DNA of 64,000 nucleotides from Anthoceros angustus (Eukaryota; Plantae; Anthocerotophyta): NCBI GenBank assembly GCA_010909165.1, contig MU008172.1, positions 1,178,001 to 1,242,000 of the forward strand, read 5' to 3'. Shown piece by piece: positions 38,400 to 50,552 of this stretch (position 1 is its first letter; each line of letters starts with the position of its first letter). The notes under the pieces were generated by a model. It saw only the letters and a program-made list of their open reading frames with translations, ran no database searches and was not told where the DNA came from. The position numbers and the translations under genes were made by a program.

Positions 38400-40500
38400 C
38401 CATCCCACCTTCGTGGAGACCAAGCCCTCCCTCCGCTTTCTTCGTTTTGTCTCCCTCCTCTCCCAATGCATTCTACTCCCACCGCCCCTCCTACTTATCC
38501 CCCACATCCACACCACCACCTCCCGCAGGTCATGCCTCTTCATCCTTCGTCTCGGAAATGCCACCAGATCTGGATCCATCTCCAATTCCATGTCGTTCAA
38601 CAAAATTGTCATCTCCCTTGTTCTTCTACCACCGACTCTACCTACTATTTAAACACTCTTGTCGCATCAATGTCGCGTCCCCCAATTCTGCACCACCCAG
38701 CCATACCATGTTGTGGCATTGTCGTCTCGGTCATCCTAATAGCCAAAAATTAGTACAAATGTCTAAGGCAGAAATCTATACCGACACCCCGCCTTCTCAA
38801 ATTCAACACCTTCCATGGTGTGAGACTTGTGTCATTACCAAAAGACATCAAGCCCCTTTCCGAACATCTCTCCACAGGCGACATCTCCTCTAGAGCTTGT
38901 TCATACAGACATTTGTGGCCCTATCTCTACACCTTCCTTCTGGTAGCGAGATATTTTTGACCTTCATCGACGACTACTCCCGCTTTACACTCACCTATAT
39001 CCTTAATCACAAGGGTGATACTTATCATTTCTTCAAGGACTATATGGCACAGGCGGAGAGATTGAGAAGAAACTCAAGACCTTACGTTCAATGGTGGCGA
39101 GTTTACTTCTAAACGTTTGAGGACTTTTGCCGAGCTCAAGGTATAGCTCAACAACTCCGTTGTATACACTCCTCAACAAAATGGCGTAGCTGAAAATAAA
39201 AATCTGCGCCTTCAAGAGATCACCGGCTTGTTAACCCAAGCAAATTTACCCAAAGTATATTTGAGGCACTCCTCACCACATATCTCATGAATCGCCCACT
39301 GCGGTCAAGGTATGACACCTTACGAAGCCTTTCTTGGCAAGAAGCCTTCTATTGATCATCTCGCATTTTGGATCTCGGCATATGTCTTTATTCCTAAAGC
39401 ATTGCGTAAGTTAGATCCGGCGCCGATATACTTTTATTGGTTATACGGAAGGAATCAAGGGCTATAAATTATTTGATCCTTCCACCAAAAGCTTCTTTAT
39501 GCTCGCGCGTCACTTTTCATGAACATTCCTATTTTCTCCTTCTGGGAGATCTAATGCCTCCCATCCTTCATCTCGATCACGAATGAATGTTCTTCTTTTG
39601 ATACTAGTGACTACATTATGGACTTCCCCTCGCCTCTCCGTGTCCCTTCCGATGGACCTATTATGCAGGAGGAGGAGTTAGCCCCTTCTTACGTCCCACT
39701 CACCTTCATTAGATACCGAGGAACCTCAACATTTTGAGGATATTCGATGATCCGGACGAACTGGCGTGACCACAGTATTTAGTTGAGGACCCTCCTCGTG
39801 AATCAACCCTTCTTGAAGGCGTGAAGACGCAGCAACGCACAAAGGTACAATCTCGTAATCCACATCCCTGCGGGTTGGAAGGAGCCTCCTTTGGGATACC
39901 TAGCTACTTAGAGTATATCGAGCAACTATTGACCCAAGAACCCACTACTCTCAAACAAGCCTTCTCATCCCGAAAAGGACTTATGGAAGGCAGATTGAAT
40001 ATGACTCCTTGATCAAGAATTCTACATGGAACGGTCAAACCCCTAAGGGAGGAAGATAGTGACAAGCAAATGGGTATTTAAAATCAAGAGAAAAGGAGAT
40101 GGTTCCATTGAAAGATATAAGGCACGTCTAGTAGCGAGGCTTTACACAAATTCTGGCCTAGACTACGTACCTTGGGCCACTTATGCCCCCAGCCAAATTT
40201 GCTAGCCGAATGATATTTGCCTTATCTCCAAGATGATCTTGAACTCCATATGATGGATGTAAAGACGATATTTACATGGGCATCTACAAGAAGAAATATA
40301 CATGAAACAACCGAGGGTTATGAGGTTAAAGGCAAAGAAGATTTGGTGTGTAAGCTTATTAAATGTATCTACGATTGAAGCAATCCGGTAAGGAATGGAA
40401 CAAGTAATACATATTAAGCTTATTAAACGAGGTTTTAGACAAAGCAAGCGATTCTTGCATGTATATCTTAATCTCGGAAAGAGATAACCTCTTACTCTAC
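38400..40500 (+). pseudogene. Second Copia element, truncated pol
   Basis: LWHCRLGHPN (GAG-pre-integrase), TFIDDYSRF, QQNGVAE and KWVFKIKRKGDGSIERYKARLV. It stops inside RT at ~40500 and no LTRs were identified. Confidence 0.85.
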
Positions 40501-40681
40501 TTCGACGTATTTATGGCTTCCTCTTCATCCTCTCTCTCCTAGCCGAGATTAAAGCTTGGTTAGAAGTCATTTTGAAATGACTGACTTCACTGGGGTCAAT
40601 CACCAAGCTCCCATCCTCCGATGCTTCTCGCCCATACACCTCAAAGAGGGCCAAATCCTCATGGCCTTTCCCTCTTGCGAN

Positions 40682-42640
40682 GAAAAGTTTGGTCATTTAG
40701 GTAGGATGTAGGAAAGTCGCAGGTAGGAGGTTGCGGACCAACATAACAGGGATCGCAACTCGAGATCGGCATAGATAGTTGGTAGGATGTCGCTAGGTCG
40801 GGGTAGTAGGAATGGGACTTAGAACTTTCGGCAAGGTACTAACCCTTGAAACTCGTAGACTAATCATGGTACTTAGTTTATAGCCAAAGAGTCCTTGGTC
40901 TTTGGTAGGTTGTGGTAGGAAAATGCCTTGATCTTGGAGGATGGGGTAGGTGATCCTTGGCCTTGAGCGATAGAGGCCAGCAGATCTGCTGAAGAGAAAG
41001 CCAGATGCAGCTGAGGCGCGCGCGCCTTCCCCATGCGCCTGCGCCCATGGGGAGGTGCCGCGCCCGGTCCACATGTGAGGAGGATGCCGAATCTGTACCT
41101 GCCTTGGAAATTATGGGGCTTGATGTGCTAAACGGGGGTCTACTGCTGAGGGCGCACCCCCCTAAAGGGATGGAGAGGGGCGCCCTTGCATCAAACATGA
41201 AGATCCACCTGCATTTCCATAACCCTGCACAAAATCTACTTTCTGGCTTGAGAAATTGTGAAGCTCGACCTCTGAATGATGAACACACTGCTGATATGAA
41301 GGAAGGTGGGGCATGGGCGCCCCAGCCCTCTACTCCTAATGACCAAGTGCCCCAAAACAATTCCATTTTGATCATGTCGGATGAAAACAATGAAGAGAAA
41401 AATGTTGCCAACGTCGTGAGGGCAAGTGAGCACTTTATATTTGGGTTGAGTTTCCATTCTTCTATTTCCAAAATACTAATCCATTTTTAAATTCTTGATA
41501 TAGGTGAAATGGAAAATTGCGATAAAGGCAACCCAATACAAACTTTGCACCCTTCATTGGCCACCATAAATTTCAGCCGAGAGGCTCCACATCTGGTTTA
41601 CATTTCGTCGTCATCGTCGTCCAAGTTCATGAAGGCTGAGTGGCATGCAGACGATACCGATGATGAGGATATCTCAAGTGGTCAAGCTGCTAAAATAAAA
41701 ATGGCCAAATCCAAAGCTCCATAAATATGTGAAGGCAGTCCCTCATGGAGGTCAAGGACCCTGAGGACCTCTTCTTTGGAGGAGAAGCAAGTCGAGGATC
41801 TTAGCCGATATGCAACTAGTAAGTGCCTCCCACTGCTTCTAATAACTCCTCCAAAATTTAATAAATTCATGTTGCATTTGGCTAATGGAGGTTTTTGATA
41901 AATCAGCTTATGAGCAGAGGATAAGGGGATTGATGGATGATGAGGAGCTAAACCCGAGTAAAGGAAAAGAGAAACTGGAGAGTAGTTAGTTGGACTAAAG
42001 ATTTTTAGGAATATGCATTTTGCTTAGGCCACTATGCATATGCTAACCTATGTCATGTGATAACTCAGGTGAAATGAAATGCCCAGGCACTAAGGGAGTG
42101 ACTCTGGCAATATCAAGGAAGCAGAAAACTAATGGGAAAGAAAAATATGATATCCCAGATGGTTTGATGCCAATGGGTAGCTTAGATAAGCAAGTTTACC
42201 TGGTGTGCCCCGGAGGAGTTGAACATGGTTATACCCCAGAGGAGTATGTATGCAAGAAGACCGGCATACATATGGTGTGGTTAGGATGTGAACCTTGCAC
42301 GGAATTTGAAGGCCACGTTAAACACACATATAGTAAGTGCCAATGCCTTAACCTAATAGCACTTTAGAAATTTATAATAAAAACTATAAACTAATACCTA
42401 ATGATTTGTTTATTAGGATCTGTTTGGTCACTTAGCGAATATGAGGAGGACCAAGTAGAGATAGAAGGAGAACTTGATGCTCTTAGGGTTAATCTAGGAC
42501 GCTAAGTGTTGACTCTAGAGAAATCATTTTGCTTTGACTGAAGTATCTAATATACCCAATTTCTTTATGTGTTTATTGTGTAAATCCCGACCTAAGGACT
42601 TGTTCAATACGTCGGCTGGGTTGTCTTGAGTTTGGATAGA
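40682..42640 (-). mobile_element. Third Copia: RNase H C-terminus and long 3' region, downstream half
   Basis: SIQTQDNPADVLNKSLGRDLHNKHIKKLGILD...* with the stop at 42524-42526. It continues in frame from 51063 once the Gypsy insertion is removed. Bounded on the left by the assembly gap n at 40681. Confidence 0.85.
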
Positions 42641-42841
42641 TGTCGTGCAAAAACAGCTGGACATCGGATAGCACAACATTTCCTGTTCTCACAGCTTGTG
42701 CATGTGGTAACACCACTAACTGACTACAAACATTTGCAGCAACGTGACATGTCATGATCAACAGCTCAACTACGACCCGAATGCACATCTGGCTGAGAGC
42801 TAATTAGAAAAAGAAAACAATAATCCTGCTAAATTCCCATC
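42641..42841. repeat. Terminal repeat A, copy at the element end
   Basis: Collinear with 43337-43518 (ggacatcggatagcacaacatttcctg...ttagaaaaagaaaacaataatcc...aaattcccatc). Confidence 0.9.
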
Positions 42842-42846
42842 AAAAA

Positions 42847-43333
42847 TGCCTCATTCAATCAGCGTCTATCAGCTGATCAAACGCGGTGAGTTTGAGAGTT
42901 CACAACAGGAGCCAGACATAGTGCCGCAACCCAAAACCAAGTGTCAGACTCGGACATCCGATCGAAATTCCCAAGCAAGCTGCATTCACTAACTACATAA
43001 TGGCCAGGAGCTCGCCACCCTCCGCTCAAAGAGACTCTCAAGACTATCCTAAGCCAAGCACGCTTGCCTCTTGTATCCGCGCCTAGTCGCTCCTCTCGCC
43101 GCTCCCGCCATGCATCGCCTTCCATCCTTTTCCATGATTGATTTCCGGTCTTGTCCTCACCAGCCCGCGAATCTCCTATGATCCAAAGAAATCAATCGTA
43201 ATTTCAAGGCCACGACCTTCCGAAAACTAATGGCTAATAACATGACATTTCTAGATGTCAAGATATTACCGATATACTCTCTATGTACATGGACTTGCCT
43301 CAACCAATGATCCCGACACGTGACTCGATGACA
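42847..43333. repeat. Terminal repeat B, 3' copy
   Basis: Collinear with 50569-51058 (tgcctcattcaatcagc...gacttgcctcaaccaatgatcccgacac...atgaca). Confidence 0.92.
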
Positions 43334-43336
43334 AAT

Positions 43337-43518
43337 TGTGCAAAACAATGGACATCGGATAGCACAACATTTCCTGCTCACATTTTGCATGTGGTAACAC
43401 CACTAATCGACTACAAACATTTGCAACGTGACGTGACATGTCATGTCAACAACTACGACCAATGCACATCCCGAGAGCTGATTAGAAAAAGAAAACAATA
43501 ATCCGCTAAATTCCCATC
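43337..43518. repeat. Terminal repeat A, internal copy after the PPT
   Basis: Second copy of A. On the minus strand it is preceded by a PPT-like GGGGATGGGAA (43511-43521). Confidence 0.88.
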
Positions 43519-43614
43519 CCCAAATAAGCCAAGAGAAGGCCAACACGAGAATGCCGGGTTCAACTAGAACCGCCAGATCCCCAAAGAGGTCTGAGCGGTC
43601 TCTCCATCACACCG

Positions 43615-43745
43615 AGCACAATACCATAATCCTTCGTGCACCTCTTAATGGCGGAACAAGGCAAAACAGATGAAAGCCTCCGTTACAACCATCACAAAGC
43701 AACATGAGCTCAGGGTCATCCACCCGTTGACAAACTTGACATGGA
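43615..43745 (-). CDS. PHD finger at the C-terminus of the Gypsy integrase
   Basis: YPCQVCQRVDDPELMLLCDGCNGGFHLFCLVPPL fits the C4HC3 PHD pattern. It is in frame with the integrase C-terminal region in ORF 43607-44146; the last Cys pair is frameshifted. Confidence 0.9.
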
Positions 43746-43799
43746 TAATCACTAGGTGGCACCCAATTCACTGTGACAATCGTGGGATCCAGATTAGGT

Positions 43800-44773
43800 A
43801 GATGGCAAGGAGCACAATTGGTCATGTGGTCTTGTATAGTCCGGCCATCTGCTCCTTGTAGCACCAACACACCGCTGGATCGAAGTTCCTTCACACGCAG
43901 CACAAGCCGGTTAGTAGAAGGTTCTAACGTGTCAGCAGTTTGTCGCTGAAGATAAACATAATCGCCAACATGGAACTTCCTCATCTTAGGTCGAAAATGC
44001 CCACTCCTGGTGTAAGCATAACGTAAAGAGTCCCGATGTTGAGCAATTTTCAAATTATCGCCATAGGCATGGCTCGCAAAACAACACCGCCTGCCGCCAA
44101 CAACCTTAGCCCAAGTGGTCGGATCATCCAGGGACCACCGGTTCATTTCCTAATGGCAACCGCAACCGGATCTCGCCCAAACAAGAGGAAATACGGTGAA
44201 AAGTGAGCTAGCAAGCGTGTTTGCTCACGCACATAGCCACATATGGCAAAGCCAAATCCATCTGTCTTAGACATCTTGAGCAACAACTTACGTAGCCCTT
44301 GTTTGATGGTCCGAACAAGTCGCTCAGCCAAACCGCCGCCTTGAGGATGGTCTCGCTAGTGCGTCGGTGATCGATGAATGCTAAGTCTATCTTGGAATTC
44401 TCCCGAATTCTGCCTTGATCCGTCAAACACTCGCACCTACCAAAGCGATCGAGAACATGCAAGAAGGCCCGAGAAGTGCTTCGGATGACTTGTCCGAGAG
44501 CCACAATTTCGCCCACTTGGAAAAATGTTCCACCATCACCATCACATACACGCTACGCGAGGCGCCCGGCAAATCTCCTATAAGATCACAAGACCATCTC
44601 AGAAACAAACCCATAATGGGTAATGGCTGCTCCGACGGCTTGATGTTAAAAGAAGACTTCACTGTCACACTGCTCGCAGACGCCACCACGCCACGCACTT
44701 GAGCATACATCCCAAACCAATGGAAATGAGGAGACAATAAACTATATGTTCGCTTGACCCCAAAGTGACCCAT
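43800..44773 (-). pseudogene. Gypsy DDE integrase
   Basis: GHFGVKRTY (HHCC zinc finger), WSCDLIGDLP and VMVEHFSKW (first Asp region), CLTDQG (second Asp), LAERLVRTIKQGLRK (Glu) and SPYFLLFGRDP. Confidence 0.92.
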
Positions 44774-45049
44774 GTCGAATGAGGAGCTACCGAGCCCCGT
44801 GAGACAAGGTGCGGATCAAATAGCCATCTTTCCAACGATGGCTGCCGTCAGATCCGATCTCGAAGTGCGTAATCAGCAGGAAACAATCCATTTGAAGAAA
44901 CCGTATGATCATCTTCCCATATGTCGCATGTGCCGAAATCGCAATGGTTCTCCATGTCCCACACATAGATTCCGCAAACATGTTGTCTTGTAAGAAACTT
45001 GACCCGTGATCTCGCCATGGTCCCGCCTTAGCACACGCCTCATCCTCAT

Positions 45050-46250
45050 CATGTAGTCGGGATGTCGAGAAAGCACATCCGCATTCGTGTGTGATGCTGC
45101 GATGAACGACTTGGAAGTCATAATCCGCAATGTCATTGCCCACCTTGCGACCTTGCCACGAGCTTAGTATTCGTCATAAGCCAACGTACGATGGTGGTCC
45201 CACCAAAGTAAATGGCCGACCATACGATAAGGTCCGAAATGGCAAATGCATCGCCAAACACTCCCTTCATAGCTAGGATAATTGCTCTACCGTTGTTGCT
45301 ACGACATAAGCGATAACACGCTCATGTCCTTCTTCGTCCGCCAGTGCAAGCACGCTCCAATACCTAATCGACTCAATCCGTATGAAGCACAAATGGCTTC
45401 TCGAACTGCCGGGCCATCACAGCGCCATCACTGTTCTTCAACAATTCAAATGCTCGCTAAGTCCTCCGTCCAATCCCAAATCACGTCCTTGCGAGAAAGT
45501 TGTTAAGTGGTTTAGCAAGACTAAAATCTTGAATGTAAATCCGTAGTAGTTACACAATCCCAAATAGGAGCGCACTGACACACCGAAATGTACCTCTAAC
45601 ACGCTTGAACCTTTGCGTGTGGCATGATACCGTTAGGCACAATCCTATGTCCCAAATAGGCGACAAGATCCATGCCCACACACTTAGTGGATGGCATTTG
45701 AGTCCCGCCTTTGGAGCTGCAAAATAGATCCTCTAAATGCCTCAAATGAGCCTCAAAATCCTTGCTGCACGAGCACATCATCAATATAGCAAAGCGATGA
45801 GCTCCCGGACAATACCTTGTCCATGATACGCTGAAATGTAACAGGTGCATTTCGAAACCCAAACGGCATAAACAACCATTCCCATAGCGAGCCATGAAAT
45901 GCTGTCTTTTTATGTCTTCTTCAACCATTGGCACCGGTTGAATCCTTGCCGCAGTCGAGAACAGAAGAATGCCGATCGTCCGATGCTATCGAATAGCTCC
46001 TCCGTGGGCATCGGATAACGATCTTGAGCCGACATTGATCGGTCGATAATCACCACACATGCGTCCATAAACCCCGATCGTCCTTCTTAGGAGGAAGAAC
46101 AGCAGCCGATAGTCGGAAGTGGATGGTCGAATCAATCCTCGCCTCAGCCCCAGCTTATCGACTATTTCCCATTCTCGCAGATCGAGCTCAGAACGACGCT
46201 GTAGATGGGCTCATTAGTTGTCACCGCACTCAACTTCATAACGCTAAGTA
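45050..46250 (-). pseudogene. Gypsy reverse transcriptase and RNase H
   Basis: Across frameshifts: RMC(V)DYRPIN, LFMPFG(L)RNAPVTFQRIMD, VAYLGHRIV, ERVIAY, TDH, ARWAMTL..YDFQVVHR and NADVLSR. Confidence 0.9.
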
Positions 46251-46569
46251 CCAAGGTCCTTCATCGAAAACGCAAAACAATCTTGATATGTTATCTAAGC
46301 AAGCCGCCGATCATTTGTCAACTGTGGACCCATCTTCCACCGGAAATCAGCCACTTCTTAGCCTCGATTGCTTCACGATAACGCAACGAGTCGCCAGATC
46401 ATCAAGCTGGAAACGATGATCTCTAAAATGCATACCCCCTTCCGAAAAGGCAGCGGCGAAGCTCGAAAAGGCGATGAACAAGATCCGGATGACACAAGCG
46501 CGATCCGACCGACAAAGCCGCAAAACCGGACCAGAAAAGTTGGAAAGCCAAACAGATGCCGACGAGCCG

Positions 46570-47420
46570 TGTCACAAAGATAAATCCATGGCACGACCAA
46601 AGCAAGACATTGAGCAATAGAAATGCCGAGGCGATCGTGAGTCGCAAACCCCATAATGCGTTCCCGCCATGGGTTCCTCCCAACGCCGAGTCTCTCGAAT
46701 GCAAGAATAATCCCGGCCTTCCACGATACGCATAAGACCGAAACTAACAAGTGTAGGTACGTCGGATAACCCACCTCATTGGTAGCAAACCATGGGGCTT
46801 TCTCCGGTCAGAATCGTCGAGGAGAGTGATAAACTTGAGCACATCCTGAATTGACGCTCGTAGACGAATAGTATGATGTAAAGACAATACAAGGATCACA
46901 ACGAGCCCGCTTTGTCCAAAACTGCAAGACGATGAGCATAATCGCCTGTCGCACGGCATCAAAACCGAGGCGGGCCCGAACATGCCGCACCAAATTGGCC
47001 ATGGCACGCAGAGAATCTAGATGTGCAGGAGTGTTTTCCAGCATAAACCACCGACGGATTATTATCCTGAAACTGCATGGAACAACCAGATCGCGAATCC
47101 TCGTAGGGCCATCCCCAAATCCAAATTTTGGGAGAACCCCGCATTCCCAACCCGCAACCACAAGGTCCACATCCTAAAGCTTGAACATGGGAGGATTGAA
47201 TCAACAAGATGTCTTGTGGCAGGGGAGTAAAAGCACAATTGAAAGCGGACTGATTAAATTGCTGGGGAAAACGGATGCACAACTGCTGCAAACGATGTGC
47301 AGCAATTTGACGAGCCACTAAGCAGTTATCACAATAGTAATAACTATGAATACGCAATCCTGCACGTAACAAAGCCTCCAAGCCTGTGCAAATACCTCCA
47401 AACAACTCCACCAATACATG
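46570..47420 (-). pseudogene. C5-cytosine DNA methyltransferase domain inside Gypsy pol
   Basis: Motifs occur in canonical order: I VLVELFGGICTGLEAL (47385-47415), IV DLVVAGWEC(Q)GFS (47130-47170), VI MLENT (47030-47046), VIII AHRL(R)..WT (46912-46938), IX RERIMGF (46645-46675) and X L(L)GRAMD (46582-46600). Confidence 0.88.
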
Positions 47421-47799
47421 CCCCTGTACAGCAAAAGGCCACGAAATAGTCGTCGTCACTAGGGGCAGTGAAAGCAACTCCTGTGCAATCTGCCCAAAGG
47501 TACGAGGCCCGACGCATGATATACTGTAACGCAAATTCGACATGATGTTGAGCCTCAACCGACAACGAGGGTGACCTGACAATCATCTCATCAGCAGCAC
47601 AAGCCTCCACCATCGAGTCGGTGCGCCACTTCATCGATAGTCTCATCAACCGAAAACAACCATTGCTCATGCCGATCATCCTTGACCAACGAGGAATACA
47701 TCAGATTACATGACATGGCGGCCGCCAACGACACTTCCACATCGTCATTGCGTTGATGCAAATCAAGTGGAATATAGGCCAACCTCTTGCCTCCTTGCT

Positions 47800-47990
47800 G
47801 CCAATCAGTCCGTAAAAGCTTTTCGGTCCAATTATCATGCTAACCCGGTGGGAACAAAACTCGACCCAAAAGTACATCATAATTGGTAGCGAGAAACCGC
47901 ACAACGAACTCGAGAGTCACGATCGATGCACGGTCAAGAGAAATAGAATCGGAAACACCGTCTCACCCTTGACCGCTCCACGCCTCGTCA
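47800..47990 (-). pseudogene. Gypsy aspartic protease
   Basis: CTTGACCGTGCATCG at ~47924-47938 reads LD(TG)AS if a 3-nt deletion is restored. The position between gag and RT is as expected. Confidence 0.55.
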
Positions 47991-48959
47991 CGGATGTTCC
48001 GTGGAGAGTTGCGTAATGCCGATCCCATCAATCGCAATCGAGTGGCCGAGTCTCGACCAATAATAAGGCCGAGCACCAAACAACGAACAACACCATACGA
48101 GGTGCAACACCATTGATCACATGACCAGGTATTGTTCACCAATGCATGATTGACCCGAACTTGTAGCGATTTGTTGGTTGCACCAACGGATTGCCTTGAG
48201 TGGCAAGGGCCAAGTGTGAAACCATCACCGGTTTTCCAGCAGCAAGTGGCTCAATCCAATCCACACGGTAGCTAGAGCATCGCCTAGTCTGCCTCACCGA
48301 TTCGGCTTGTCTAACTCGACTACCGCAGTAATGCCGAACCTGATGTAAAGGAAGCAACCTGCGCCCCTATTCCCACCTCCTCAAGAGAAAATAAAGGTAC
48401 ATGCACCGGTTTGTAGCAATTCCGACCTCCCACGTCATGGAAGACAAACGAATAGGTTCACCTCCTTGATCTCTGGACTCACGCCCGATATGGTCGGCAA
48501 ATGGTCTCGAACCACGCAATGGCGGAACAGACGCCAAAGGTACAGTGGCAAATGACTTAGGCATGATCGCCTAGCTTCAACTGATACTTTGCCGTGGGAG
48601 CCGAACCTCCGCCGTCATGCTGGCCAGCTCCTGACCTAACCAAGAGCAAGGTAAGTCTTCTAGCATACTAGATGTGTGCACAACGTGCTCTCGCTCCAGA
48701 ATTTTCTTCGTCTCAGCCATCTTGTGAGCCAGGCAAACATGGTAAGGATCCCCATAATCTTCTCCCACACGTACATGCTCATCAGGAGAGTCACAAACCA
48801 TAACTCCTGCAAGTTTATCTTTAGACACCACGAGCGAAGCTCCTCCAGCTTGACCGCCAAACTAGCGAAGTGTACCCAATCGCGTTGTAAGAGCAGCCAC
48901 AGAGTTTCGCATGCGGTTACCTTACTAGCATTGGCCACGCCTTCTAAACTTCTCCGCTT

Positions 48960-50397
48960 TAATTTGCTCTTGGAACAGTCCAGATGTCCGCCATTATAGT
49001 AGGAGACCCAATGGCAATTGCGGATGCTGAAATTTCACCATCTCCACCCGCCTTTTGCACTCGACGCCAGAAACAAACAGATGTCACAACATGACCAGTC
49101 TTGTGACAGTGTGTGCAATACAATGACTCCATCATGCATTTGCATGCAGGAGACAAATGTTCGGTGCTTCCACCTCTGTTACACAACGGTGTGAAAGTAG
49201 CAGCAGGTTCGCTTATCGGTTTAACCTGTAGGCTTTACCACTCCATCGCCGACCGAGTTACTTTTGCCAGCAAACATGTGCTGATAATGCGAGTACGCCT
49301 TCGAGTGTTTGTAAGCATAAGCTGAGAATGCCAGCTCCTTTCGCTCCGCTTCCTGAAACACCTGCTCAAGAGTGTATTGATCTCCGTACTTGTCAACAAG
49401 TGAAGTGAACAATTGGAAATGAAATAATGGCTCCGTCTCCAAAGCACTAAGAAACTTCTGAGCAGCCTCCTGATCAGTCAACATGCCAGTACCTTCCCTT
49501 AGCTTCTGTAGACGACGGAAAGCCATTTGAACAGTTTCTCCTTTCTTGCGTGTAAACGCAGACAACTCTGCAATCTTCTCTGGGGTCTTGAAAGGAAAAG
49601 CCTTCTCAAGAATGATAAAGAATTCCTCCACCGGATTAGCGTAAGCTGGAACCTCAATGTATTCTTCTATACCCGCCGTGGCCGCAGCACGCTCTTGGGA
49701 GGTCACTTGATCACTCGGAGGTTTCACATTAGGTGACACATTACAGCCGATGGCGGCTTGATGAGCCGACACCGATGCATGCAAATTATTATACGCCACC
49801 GCAAGGCTTGCCGATAAGGTGATTAGAGTCACAGATGTAGCCAGAATGCATGCATGTGTCTCATATAGATCGAGAGCCTCATCGCCATGTAAAGTTGCTC
49901 AAACATGTAACGATCAGAAAAGCTATGCCATGCTTGAATTTCACACGGCTAGTAAGGAAGTTGAAATAGAGCCTGAAATCACGCAAAGTCTGCGTGCCAG
50001 GTCTACCAGAAAACTTATCTGATTTGGCTGGAAGAGAACCAGTATCAGCCATGATTTCAGAGTCACTCGATTCTGCAGAAGAAACTGAGCCTGCACCGCT
50101 AGCTGTGATCTCAGCCAATGGTGACCAGCCAACAGCTGTATACGGTGCTGTTGAAGATGTCTCTTCAGGAACAAGCGCATCTCCCGCTTGCTGCAGGTCT
50201 TCCACCGGATGCTCACTCACAGAATCAGACTGATTTTGCCGTCCAGCTCTTTTGCGAGGCGTGCGAGCCACATGCTTGAGCACCCTCCTTGAACATAATT
50301 GGTAACAGGGTGCCTCACCACTCCGCTCATCCGGCGCATCCGTCATGCATGTAGAACAATGATCGAAACCGATTTCATCCAACAACTTGATTACCAC
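48960..50397 (-). pseudogene. Gypsy gag with zinc knuckle
   Basis: ORFs 49879-50397 and 49221-49832 (LSAFTRKKGETVQMAFRRL, a retrotransposon gag-like segment) and CTHCHKTGHVVTSVC (CCHC). Confidence 0.75.
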
Positions 50398-50552
50398 ATT
50401 CTGTTCACATCGAATCCAGACCCTAACTCAAGGCTTTCTCAAGAACCGTAACAAGGTCCTCGCAGCTTGACATCAAGGTGACATGCAACTAGGAACATAG
50501 CTCAAGAACCCTAGTTCTTTCTCAAGCACGACATCACACGCACCGCCCGCAC

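Noticed and set aside
40681-40681. Biological junction between Copia 2 and Copia 3 sequences
   Set aside because: An n marks an assembly gap, so adjacency across it is not evidence.
42641-43518. Explaining A-B-A as a tandem array of two elements sharing an LTR
   Set aside because: A tandem array would place PBS/gag sequence after the 3' repeat. Instead the post-PPT segment A recurs and is followed directly by the TSD and the Copia host.
46570-47420. Calling the MTase a host DRM/CMT/MET1 pseudogene
   Set aside because: Motif order is unpermuted (unlike DRM), there is no BAH or chromodomain, no introns are evident, and it is collinear within pol.
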